Below are positions 37,641-49,900 of a stretch of 64,000 nucleotides of DNA, piece by piece. The notes below the pieces were generated by a model. The model had not been told where the DNA came from, did not search any database, and saw only the letters and a list, made by a program, of their open reading frames with translations. Both the position numbers and the translations under genes were made by a program. Position 1 is the first letter of the stretch; every line of letters begins with the position of its first letter. Origin of the DNA: Lingula anatina (lineage: Eukaryota > Animalia > Brachiopoda); NCBI GenBank assembly GCA_051362555.1, contig CM120647.1, forward strand, positions 12,128,651-12,192,650, in the 5' to 3' direction.

Positions 37641-37746
37641 TGCCTCATCCGGGACTCGAACCCGTGACCTTGCGTTACCAAGGTTGATGACGCTTTGGAT
37701 GTCTCATTTGCATCCTTGCACGCTACCGACTGCTCTGTGACAGACC
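37641..37746 (-). other. tRNA-derived Pol III module 1 (present in every monomer; first copy given)
   Basis: Minus strand GAGCAGTCGGTAGC (A-box/D-loop-like) ... GGTC-ACGGG-TTCGAGT-CCCGG (T-arm with a canonical B-box). The acceptor stem is poor and the anticodon region expanded, so this is not a canonical tRNA. Confidence 0.6.
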
Positions 37747-37817
37747 CGCCCACCCTCCGTACGTGCGAGTTTCCTCTTAAAGTAATCAATGGCAATTTTG
37801 AAGAAGTCAATTCTGGC

Positions 37818-37916
37818 AAAAAAAGAATGACACAGTAGCTCCTGTGACTCGAACCAGCGTCCGAGTATTTGTCTGTATGCCAGGCAGCAGAGTTACCACG
37901 CAGCCACGACAGCTCC
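37818..37916 (-). ncRNA. Candidate ~95-nt Pol III small RNA gene, module 2 (vault-RNA-like or tRNA-derived; in every monomer)
   Basis: A-box-like TGGCTGCGTGG, B-box GGTTCGAGTCA, and a T7 run ~20 nt after the B-box. The 5' and 3' parts can pair as a panhandle. Confidence 0.4.
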
Positions 37917-40900
37917 GTTGATACGCAGTGATCAGATGGTAACTTTCAACCTCGTCACGGAGAGCGCCAGATTGGGTGTACATGTGCAGGCCTGCTGTCC
38001 CAATCGACAATCCGGGAGCCGCCTTTCAGCCCACGCAACCCCAGTCCCCGACATGAACGGTAAACTTCAGTGATGCACACGAAGTCGTGTTTGTCAACCC
38101 GACTCGGAGCTCGGAGTTTGTTTTATACTAAGATTGATTTTGGCTTTACCCACGATATTAAAGAGCACAGTGGGATCAGAGGCGGTTCACAACAGACGGG
38201 GTTTACTTTTAGCGAGACCATAAGAGGAGAGAATAAAAAAAATAAATTCAAGTAGTCTGTAATTACTGGTGCGATTGCAGCCATGGAAATTTTGAGTAAA
38301 GTATTATTGGCAAATAATTAAGCCGAGGAGATATAGTTTTTCTACCGAACACGGTTAACAGGTGGTATGACGGGCTGTTATACCGTAAAAGCTGCAGAAT
38401 CAAAACAACTTGGATCGTATTCATTGATAGGCCTGCTATGTATGTTCCTAGTAAGACGACTTCGGAAGTTTTTTTTTTTTGTTTTTGGTTTTGCATTGAG
38501 ATAACGCTTGGTTTCACCTTTGACGTTGTAGAGCACGAGGACGGCCACAGCTGTTCACACCTCTGCGGTTTTAGTATTGAGTAGTCTTTACTCTTTCCAA
38601 TATCGACTGCGGACTTGCCACGGTACTGTATGGTCATATGAACAGTCTTGAGAAGCAAGGGCCCAAGATAGGAAAGGAGGGGCATTAAAAGACAAAACGT
38701 GTGCCTGATAAAAGGAATAGAGGTGACGCGACTTCTGTAAAAAAAAATTAAAAGTTTTCTCTCTTCTAATCCCACCAAGAAGAAAGCACATTTTGATGAA
38801 ATGCAAGCCATACGGAGTTAGTTATAGCTCAATTTAAGTTCAAGATCTTTGGCACCAATATAAGGACTTTTAACTGAAGAGAAAGGAAATATAATTGTCG
38901 ACGCAGATGTAAACTGTCTAAAGTATACCGTATCATTAGGCAAAAGGTAATTTGCTAAGTCCCACGAGCGCCCTCATCCGTTCTCGTCTCGTGACATCCC
39001 GATTCAGGGGCTAGGTCGTTGTCGTGAAGGGCTGACGTGCCTCATCCGGGACTCGAACCCGTGACCTTGCGTTACCAAGATTGATGACGCTTTGGATGTC
39101 TCATTTGCATCCTTGCACGCTACCGACTGCTCCGTGACAGAGCCGCCCACCCTCCGTACGTGCGAGGATCCTCTTAAAGTAATCAATGGCAATTTTGAAG
39201 AAGTCAATTCTGGCAAAAAAAGAATGACACAGTAGCTCCTGTGACTCTAACCAGCGTCCGAGTATTTGTCTGTATGCCAGGCAGCAGAGTTACCACGCAG
39301 CCACGACAGCTCCGTTGATACGCAGTGATCAGATGGTAACTTTCAACCTCGTCACGGAGAGCGCCAGATTGGGTGTACATGTGCAGGCCTGCTGTCCCAA
39401 TCGACAATCCGGGAGCCGCCTTTCAGCCCACGCAACCCCAGTCCCCGACATGAACGGTAAATTTCAGTGATGCACACGAAGTCGTGTTTGTCAACCCGAC
39501 TCGGAGCTCGGAGTTTGTTTTATACTAAGATTGATTTTGGCTTTACCCACGATATTAAAGAGCACAGTGGGATCAGAGGCGGTTCACAACAGACGGGGTT
39601 TACTTTTAGCGAGACCATAAGAGGAGAGAAAAAAAAATACATTCAAGTAGTCTGTAATTACTGGTGCGATTGCAGCCATGGAAATTTTGAGTAAAGTATT
39701 ATTGGCAAATAATTAAGCCGAGGAGATATAGTTTTTCTACCGAACACGGTTAACAGGTGGTATGACGGGCAGTTATACCGTAAAAGCTGCAGAATCAAAA
39801 CAACTTGGATCGTATTCATTGATAGGCCTGCTCTGTATGTTCCTAGTAAGACGACTTCGGAAGTTTTTTTTTTTTTTCTTTCTTTTTGGTTTTGCGTTGA
39901 GAGAACGCTTGGTTTCACCTTTGACGTTGTAGAGCACGAGGACGGCCACAGCTGTTCATACCTCTGCGGTTTTAGTATTGAGTAGTCTTTACTCTTTCCA
40001 ATATCGACTGCGGACTTGCCACGGTACTGTATGGTCATATGAACAGTCTTGAGAAGCAAGGGCCCAAGATAGGAAAGGAGGGGCATTAAAAGACAAAACG
40101 TGTGCCTGATAAAAGGAATAGAGGTGACGCGACTTCTGTAAAAAAAAAATCAAAAGTTTTCTCTCTTCTAATCCCACCAAGAAGAAGGCACATTTTGATG
40201 AAATGCAAGCCATACGGAGTTAGTTATAGCTCAATTTAAGTTCAAGATCTTTGGCACCAATATAAGGACTTTTAACTGAAGAGAAAGGAAATATAATTGT
40301 CGACGCAGATGTAAACTGTCTAAAGTATACCGTATTATTAGGCAAAAGGTAATTTGCTAAGTCCCACGAGCGCCCTCATTCGTTCTCGTCTCGTGACATC
40401 CCGATTCAGGGGCTAGGTCGTTGTCGTGAAGGACTGACGTGCCTCATCCGGGACTCGAACCCGTGACCTTGCGTTACCAAGGTTGATGACGCTTTGGATG
40501 TCTCATTTGCATCCTTGCACGCTACCGACTGCTCCGTGACAGACCCGCCCACCCTCCGTGCGTGCGAGTTTCCTCTTAAAGTAATCAATGGCAATTTTGA
40601 AGAAGTCAATTCTGGCAAAAAAAGAATGACACAGTAGCTCCTGTGACTCGAACCAGCGTCCGAGTATTTGTCTGTATGCCAGGCAGCAGAGTTACCACGC
40701 AGCCACGACAGCTCCGTTGATACGCAGTGATCAGATGGTAACTTTCAACCTCGTCACGGAGAGCGCCAGATTGGGTGTACATGTGCAGGCCTGCTGTCCC
40801 AATCGACAATCCGGGAGCCGCCTTTCAGCCCACGCAACCCCAGTCCCCGACATGAACGGTAAATTTCAGTGATGCACACGAAGTCGTGTTTGTCAACCCG

Positions 40901-43900
40901 ACTCGGAGCTCGGAGTTTGTTTTATACTAAGATTGATTTTGGCTTTACCCACGATATTAAAGAGCACAGTGGGATCAGAGGCGGTTCACAACAGACGGGG
41001 TTTACTTTTAGCGAGACCATAAGAGGAGAGAATAAAAAAAAATACATTCAAGTAGTCTGTAATTACTGGTGCGATTGCAGCCATGGAATTTTTGAGTAAA
41101 GTATTATTGGCAAATAACTAAGCCGAGGAGATATAGTTTTTCTACCGAACACGGTTAACAGGTGGTATGACGGGCTGTTATACCGTAAAAGCTGCAGAAT
41201 CAAAACAACTTGGATCGTATTCATTGATAGGCCTGCTATGTATGTTCCTAGTAAGACGACTTCGGAAGTTTTTTTTTTTTTTGTTTTTGGTTTTGCATTG
41301 AGATAACGCTTGGTTTCACCTTTGACGTTGTAGAGCACGAGGACGGCCACAGCTGTTCACACCTCTGCGGTTTTAGTATTGAGTAGTCTTTACTCTTTCC
41401 AATATCGACTGCGGACTTGCCACGGTACTGTATGGTCATATGAACAGTCTTGAGAAGCAAGGGCCCAAGATAGGAAAGGAGGGGCATTAAAAGACAAAAC
41501 GTGTGCCTGATAAAAGGAATAGAGGTGACGCGACTTCTGTAAAAAAAAAATCAAAAGTTTTCTCTCTTCTAATCCCACCAAGAAGAAAGCACATTTTGAT
41601 GAAATGCAAGCCATACGGAGTTAGTTATAGCTCAATTTAAGTTCAAGATCTTTGGCACCAATATAAGGACTTTTAACTGAAGAGAAAGGAAATATAATTG
41701 TCGACGCAGATGTAAACTGTCTAAAGTATACCGTATTATTAGGCAAAAGGTAATTTGCTAAGTCCCACGAGCGCCCTCATTCGTTCTCGTCTCGTGACAT
41801 CCCGATTCAGGGGCTAGGTCGTTGTCGTGAAGGACTGACGTGCCTCATCCGGGACTCGAACCCGTGACCTTGCGTTACCAAGGTTGATGACGCTTTGGAT
41901 GTCTCATTTGCATCCTTGCACGCTACCGACTGCTCTGTGACAGACCCGCCCACCCTCCGTACGTGCGAGTTTCCTCTTAAAGTAATCAATGGCAATTTTG
42001 AAGAAGTCAATTCTGGCAAAAAAAGAATGACACAGTAGCTCCTGTGACTCAAACCAGCGTCCGAGTATTTGTCTGTATGCCAGGCAGCAGAGTTACCACG
42101 CAGCCACGACAGCTCCGTTGATACGCAGTGATCAGATGGTAACTTTCAACCTCGTCACGGAGAGCGCCAGATTTGGTGTACATGTGCAGGCCTGCTGTCC
42201 CAATCGACAATCCGGGAGCCGCCTTTCAGCCCACGCAACCCCAGTCCCCGACATGAACGGTAAATTTCAGTGATGCACACGAAGTCGTGTTTGTCAACCC
42301 GACTCGGAGCTCGGAGTTTGTTTTATACTAAGATTGATTTTGGCTTTACCCACGATATTAAAGAGCACAGTGGGATCAGAGGCGGTTCACAACAGACGGG
42401 GTTTACTTTTAGCGAGACCATAAGAGGAGAGAATAAAAAAAAATACATTCAAGTAGTCTGTAATTACTGGTGCGATTGCAGCCATGGAAATTTTGAGTAA
42501 AGTATTATTGGCAAATAATTAAGCCGAGGAGATATAGTTTTTCTACCGAACACGGTTAACAGGTGGTATGACGGGCTGTTATACCGTAAAAGCTGCAGAA
42601 TCAAAACAACTTGGATCGTATTCATTGATAGGCCTGCTCTGTATGTTCCTAGTAAGACGACTTCGGAAGTTTTTTTTTTTTTCTTTCTCTTTGGTTTTGC
42701 GTTGAGAGAACGCTTGGTTTCACCTTTGACGTTGTAGAGCACGAGGACGGCCACAGCTGTTCATACCTCTGCGGTTTTAGTATTGAGTAGTCTTTACTCT
42801 TTCCAATATCGACTGCGGACTTGCCACGGTACTGTATGGTCATATGAACAGTCTTGAGAAGCAAGGGCCCAAGATAGGAAAGGAGGGGCATTAAAAGACA
42901 AAACGTGTGCCTGATAAAAGGAATAGAGGTGACGCGACTTCTGTAAAAAAAAAATCAAAAGTTTTCTCTCTTCTAATCCCACCAAGAAGAAAGCACATTT
43001 TGATGAAATGCAAGCCATACGGAGTTAGTTATAGCTCAATTTAAGTTCAAGATCTTTGGCACCAATATAAGGACTTTTAACTGAAGAGAAAGGAAATATA
43101 ATTGTCGACGCAGATGTAAACTGTCTAAAGTATACCGTATTATTAGGCAAAAGGTAATTTGCTAAGTCCCACGAGCGCCCTCATTCGTTCTCGTCTCGTG
43201 ACATCCCGATTCAGGGGCTAGGTCGTTGTCGTGAAGGACTGACGTGCCTCATCCGGGACTCGAACCCGTGACCTTGCGTTACCAAGGTTGATGACGCTTT
43301 GGATGTCTCATTTGCATCCTTGCACGCTACCGACTGCTCTGTGACAGACCCGCCCACCCTCCGTACGTGCGAGTTTCCTCTTAAAGTAATCAATGGCAAT
43401 TTTGAAGAAGTCAATTCTGGCAAAAAAAGAATGACACAGTAGCTCCTGTGACTCGAACCAGCGTCCGAGTATTTGTCTGTATGCCAGGCAGCAGAGTTAC
43501 CACGCAGCCACGACAGCTCCGTTGATACGCAGTGATCAGATGGTAACTTTCAACCTCGTCACGGAGAGCGCCAGATTGGGTGTACATGTGCAGGCCTGCT
43601 GTCCCAATCGACAATCCGGGAGCCGCCTTTCAGCCCACGCAACCCCAGTCCCCGACATGAACGGTAAATTTCAGTGATGCACACGAAGTCGTGTTTGTCA
43701 ACCCGACTCGGAGCTCGGAGTTTGTTTTATACTAAGATTGATTTTGGCTTTACCCACGATATTAAAGAGCACAGTGGGATCAGAGGCGGTTCACAACAGA
43801 CGGGGTTTACTTTTAGCGAGACCATAAGAGGAGAGAATAAAAAAAAAATACATTCAAGTAGTCTGTAATTACTGGTGCGATTGCAGCCATGGAAATTTTG

Positions 43901-46900
43901 AGTAAAGTATTATTGGCAAATAATTAAGCCGAGGAGATATAGTTTTTCTACCGAACACGGTTAACTGGTGGTATGACGGGCTGTTATACCGTAAAAGCTG
44001 CAGAATCAAAACAACTTGGATCGTATTCATTGATAGGCCTGCTCTGTATGTTCCTAGTAAGACGACTTCGGAAGTTTTTTTTTTCTTTCTTTTTGGTTTT
44101 GCGTTGAGAGAACGCTTGGTTTCACCTTTGACGTTGTAGAGCACGAGGACGGCCACAGCTGTTCATACCTCTGCGGTTTTAGTATTGAGTAGTCTTTACT
44201 CTTTCCAATATCGACTGCGGACTTGCCACGGTACTGTATGGTCATATGAACAGTCTTGAGAAGCAAGGGCCCAAGATAGGAAAGGAGGGGCATTAAAAGA
44301 CAAAACGTGTGCCTGATAAAAGGAATAGAGGTGACGCGACTTCTGTAAAAAAAAAATCAAAAGTTTTCTCTCTTCTAATCCCACCAAGAAGAAAGCACAT
44401 TTTGATGAAATGCAAGCCATACGGAGTTAGTTATAGCTCAATTTAAGTTCAAGATCTTTGGCACCAATATAAGGACTTTTAACTGAAGAGAAAGGAAATA
44501 TAATTGTCGACGCAGATGTAAACTGTCTAAAGTATACCGTATTATTAGGCAAAAGGTAATTTGCTAAGTCCCACGAGCGCCCTCATTCGTTCTCGTCTCG
44601 TGACATCCCGATTCAGGGGCTAGGTCGTTGTCGTGAAGGACTGACGTGCCTCATCCGGGACTCGAACCCGTGACCTTGCGTTACCAAGGTTGATGACGCT
44701 TTGGATGTCTCATTTGCATCCTTGCACGCTACCGACTGCTCCGTGACAGACCCGCCCACCCTCCGTACGTGCGAGTTTCCTCTTAAAGTAATCAATGGCA
44801 ATTTTGAAGAAGTCAATTCTGGCAAAAAAAGAATGACACAGTAGTTCCTGTGACTCGAACCAGCGTCCGAGTATTTGTCTGTATGCCAGGCAGCAGAGTT
44901 ACCACGCAGCCACGACAGCTCCGTTGATACGCAGTGATCAGATGGTAACTTTCAACCTCGTCACGGAGAGCGCCAGATTGGGTGTACATGTGCAGGCCTG
45001 CTGTCCCAATCGACAATCCGGGAGCCGCCTTTCAGCCCACGCAACCCCAGTCCCCGACATGAACGGTAAATTTCAGTGATGCACACGAAGTCGTGTTTGT
45101 CAACCCGACTCGGAGCTCGGAGTTTGTTTTATACTAAGATTGATTTTGGCTTTACCCACGATATTAAAGAGCACAGTGGGAACAGAGGCGGTTCACAACA
45201 GACGGGGTTTACTTTTAGCGAGACCATAAGAGGAGAGAATAAAAAAAAATACATTCAAGTAGTCTGTAATTACTGGTGCGATTGCAGCCATGGAAATTTT
45301 GAGTAAAGTATTATTGGCAAATAATTAAGCCGAGGAGATATAGTTTTTCTACCGAACACGGTTAACAGGTGGTATGACGGGCTGTTATACCGTAAAAGCT
45401 GCAGAATCAAAACAACTTGGATCGTATTCATTGATAGGCCTGCTCTGTATGTTCCTAGTAAGACGACTTCGGAAGTTTTTTTTTTTTTCTTTCTCTTTGG
45501 TTTTGCGTTGAGAGAACGCTTGGTTTCACCTTTGACGTTGTAGAGCACGAGGACGGCCACAGCTGTTCATACCTCTGCGGTTTTAGCATTGAGTAGTCTT
45601 TACTCTTTCCAATATCGACTGCGGACTTGCCACGGTACTGTATGGTCATATGAACAGTCTTGAGAAGCAAGGGCCCAAGATAGGAAAGGAGGGGCATTAA
45701 AAGACAAAACGTGTGCCTGATAAAAGGAATAGAGGTGACGCGACTTCTGTAAAAAAAAAATCAAAAGTTTTCTCTCTTCTAATCCCACCAAGAAGAAAGC
45801 ACATTTTGATGAAATGCAAGCCATACGGAGTTAGTTATAGCTCAATTTAAGTTCAAGATCTTTGGCACCAATATAAGGACTTTTAACTGAAGAGAAAGGA
45901 AATATAATTGTCGACGCAGATGTAAACTGTCTAAAGTATACCGTATTATTAGGCAAAAGGTAATTTGCTAAGTCCCACGAGCGCCCTCATTCGTTCTCGT
46001 CTCGTGACATCCCGATTCAGGGGCTAGGTCGTTGTCGTGAAGGACTGACGTGCCTCATCCGGGACTCGAACCCGTGACCTTGCGTTACCAAGGTTGATGA
46101 CGCTTTGGATGTCTCATTTGCATCCTTGCACGCTACCGACTGCTCTGTGACAGACCCGCCCACCCTCCGTACGTGCGAGTTTCCTCTTAAAGTAATCAAT
46201 GGCAATTTTGAAGAAGTCAATTCTGGCAAAAAAAGAATGACACAGTAGCTCCTGTGACTCAAACCAGCGTCCGAGTATTTGTCTGTATGCCAGGCAGCAG
46301 AGTTACCACGCAGCCACGACAGCTCCGTTGATACGCAGTGATCAGATGGTAACTTTCAACCTCGTCACGGAGAGCGCCAGATTTGGTGTACATGTGCAGG
46401 CCTGCTGTCCCAATCGACAATCCGGGAGCCGCCTTTCAGCCCACGCAACCCCAGTCCCCGACATGAACGGTAAATTTCAGTGATGCACACGAAGTCGTGT
46501 TTGTCAACCCGACTCGGAGCTCGGAGTTTGTTTTATACTAAGATTGATTTTGGCTTTACCCACGATATTAAAGAGCACAGTGGGATCAGAGGCGGTTCAC
46601 AACAGACGGGGTTTACTTTTAGCGAGACCATAAGAGGAGAGAATAAAAAAAAATACATTCAAGTAGTCTGTAATTACTGGTGCGATTGCAGCCATGGAAT
46701 TTTTGAGTAAAGTATTATTGGCAAATAACTAAGCCGAGGAGATATAGTTTTTCTACCGAACACGGTTAACAGGTGGTATGACGGGCTGTTATACCGTAAA
46801 AGCTGCAGAATCAAAACAACTTGGATCGTATTCATTGATAGGCCTGCTATGTATGTTCCTAGTAAGACGACTTCGGAAGTTTTTTTTTTTTTTGTTTTTG

Positions 46901-49900
46901 GTTTTGCATTGAGATAACGCTTGGTTTCACCTTTGACGTTGTAGAGCACGAGGACGGCCACAGCTGTTCACACCTCTGCGGTTTTAGTATTGAGTAGTCT
47001 TTACTCTTTCCAATATCGACTGCGGACTTGCCACGGTACTGTATGGTCATATGAACAGTCTTGAGAAGCAAGGGCCCAAGATAGGAAAGGAGGGGCATTA
47101 AAAGACAAAACGTGTGCCTGATAAAAGGAATAGAGGTGACGCGACTTCTGTAAAAAAAAAATCAAAAGTTTTCTCTCTTCTAATCCCACCAAGAAGAAAG
47201 CACATTTTGATGAAATGCAAGCCATACGGAGTTAGTTATAGCTCAATTTAAGTTCAAGATCTTTGGCACCAATATAAGGACTTTTAACTGAAGAGAAAGG
47301 AAATATAATTGTCGACGCAGATGTAAACTGTCTAAAGTATACCGTATTATTAGGCAAAAGGTAATTTGCTAAGTCCCACGAGCGCCCTCATTCGTTCTCG
47401 TCTCGTGACATCCCGATTCAGGGGCTAGGTCGTTGTCGTGAAGGACTGACGTGCCTCATCCGGGACTCGAACCCGTGACCTTGCGTTACCAAGGTTGATG
47501 ACGCTTTGGATGTCTCATTTGCATCCTTGCACGCTACCGACTGCTCTGTGACAGACCCGCCCACCCTCCGTACGTGCGAGTTTCCTCTTAAAGTAATCAA
47601 TGGCAATTTTGAAGAAGTCAATTCTGGCAAAAAAAGAATGACACAGTAGCTCCTGTGACTCAAACCAGCGTCCGAGTATTTGTCTGTATGCCAGGCAGCA
47701 GAGTTACCACGCAGCCACGACAGCTCCGTTGATACGCAGTGATCAGATGGTAACTTTCAACCTCGTCACGGAGAGCGCCAGATTTGGTGTACATGTGCAG
47801 GCCTGCTGTCCCAATCGACAATCCGGGAGCCGCCTTTCAGCCCACGCAACCCCAGTCCCCGACATGAACGGTAAATTTCAGTGATGCACACGAAGTCGTG
47901 TTTGTCAACCCGACTCGGAGCTCGGAGTTTGTTTTATACTAAGATTGATTTTGGCTTTACCCACGATATTAAAGAGCACAGTGGGATCAGAGGCGGTTCA
48001 CAACAGACGGGGTTTACTTTTAGCGAGACCATAAGAGGAGAGAATAAAAAAAAATACATTCAAGTAGTCTGTAATTACTGGTGCGATTGCAGCCATGGAA
48101 ATTTTGAGTAAAGTATTATTGGCAAATAATTAAGCCGAGGAGATATAGTTTTTCTACCGAACACGGTTAACAGGTGGTATGACGGGCTGTTATACCGTAA
48201 AAGCTGCAGAATCAAAACAACTTGGATCGTATTCATTGATAGGCCTGCTCTGTATGTTCCTAGTAAGACGACTTCGGAAGTTTTTTTTTTTTTCTTTCTC
48301 TTTGGTTTTGCGTTGAGAGAACGCTTGGTTTCACCTTTGACGTTGTAGAGCACGAGGACGGCCACAGCTGTTCATACCTCTGCGGTTTTAGTATTGAGTA
48401 GTCTTTACTCTTTCCAATATCGACTGCGGACTTGCCACGGTACTGTATGGTCATATGAACAGTCTTGAGAAGCAAGGGCCCAAGATAGGAAAGGAGGGGC
48501 ATTAAAAGACAAAACGTGTGCCTGATAAAAGGAATAGAGGTGACGCGACTTCTGTAAAAAAAAAATCAAAAGTTTTCTCTCTTCTAATCCCACCAAGAAG
48601 AAAGCACATTTTGATGAAATGCAAGCCATACGGAGTTAGTTATAGCTCAATTTAAGTTCAAGATCTTTGGCACCAATATAAGGACTTTTAACTGAAGAGA
48701 AAGGAAATATAATTGTCGACGCAGATGTAAACTGTCTAAAGTATACCGTATTATTAGGCAAAAGGTAATTTGCTAAGTCCCACGAGCGCCCTCATTCGTT
48801 CTCGTCTCGTGACATCCCGATTCAGGGGCTAGGTCGTTGTCGTGAAGGACTGACGTGCCTCATCCGGGACTCGAACCCGTGACCTTGCGTTACCAAGGTT
48901 GATGACGCTTTGGATGTCTCATTTGCATCCTTGCACGCTACCGACTGCTCTGTGACAGACCCGCCCACCCTCCGTACGTGCGAGTTTCCTCTTAAAGTAA
49001 TCAATGGCAATTTTGAAGAAGTCAATTCTGGCAAAAAAAGAATGACACAGTAGCTCCTGTGACTCGAACCAGCGTCCGAGTATTTGTCTGTATGCCAGGC
49101 AGCAGAGTTACCACGCAGCCACGACAGCTCCGTTGATACGCAGTGATCAGATGGTAACTTTCAACCTCGTCACGGAGAGCGCCAGATTGGGTGTACATGT
49201 GCAGGCCTGCTGTCCCAATCGACAATCCGGGAGCCGCCTTTCAGCCCACGCAACCCCAGTCCCCGACATGAACGGTAAATTTCAGTGATGCACACGAAGT
49301 CGTGTTTGTCAACCCGACTCGGAGCTCGGAGTTTGTTTTATACTAAGATTGATTTTGGCTTTACCCACGATATTAAAGAGCACAGTGGGATCAGAGGCGG
49401 TTCACAACAGACGGGGTTTACTTTTAGCGAGACCATAAGAGGAGAGAATAAAAAAAAAATACATTCAAGTAGTCTGTAATTACTGGTGCGATTGCAGCCA
49501 TGGAAATTTTGAGTAAAGTATTATTGGCAAATAATTAAGCCGAGGAGATATAGTTTTTCTACCGAACACGGTTAACTGGTGGTATGACGGGCTGTTATAC
49601 CGTAAAAGCTGCAGAATCAAAACAACTTGGATCGTATTCATTGATAGGCCTGCTCTGTATGTTCCTAGTAAGACGACTTCGGAAGTTTTTTTTTTCTTTC
49701 TTTTTGGTTTTGCGTTGAGAGAACGCTTGGTTTCACCTTTGACGTTGTAGAGCACGAGGACGGCCACAGCTGTTCATACCTCTGCGGTTTTAGTATTGAG
49801 TAGTCTTTACTCTTTCCAATATCGACTGCGGACTTGCCACGGTACTGTATGGTCATATGAACAGTCTTGAGAAGCAAGGGCCCAAGATAGGAAAGGAGGG

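Noticed and set aside
37562-37660. Hammerhead or HDV-like ribozyme (CGGATGAG motifs on the minus strand)
   Set aside because: No CUGANGA plus GAAA core, and I could not build a consistent HDV pseudoknot by eye. A covariance search would settle it.
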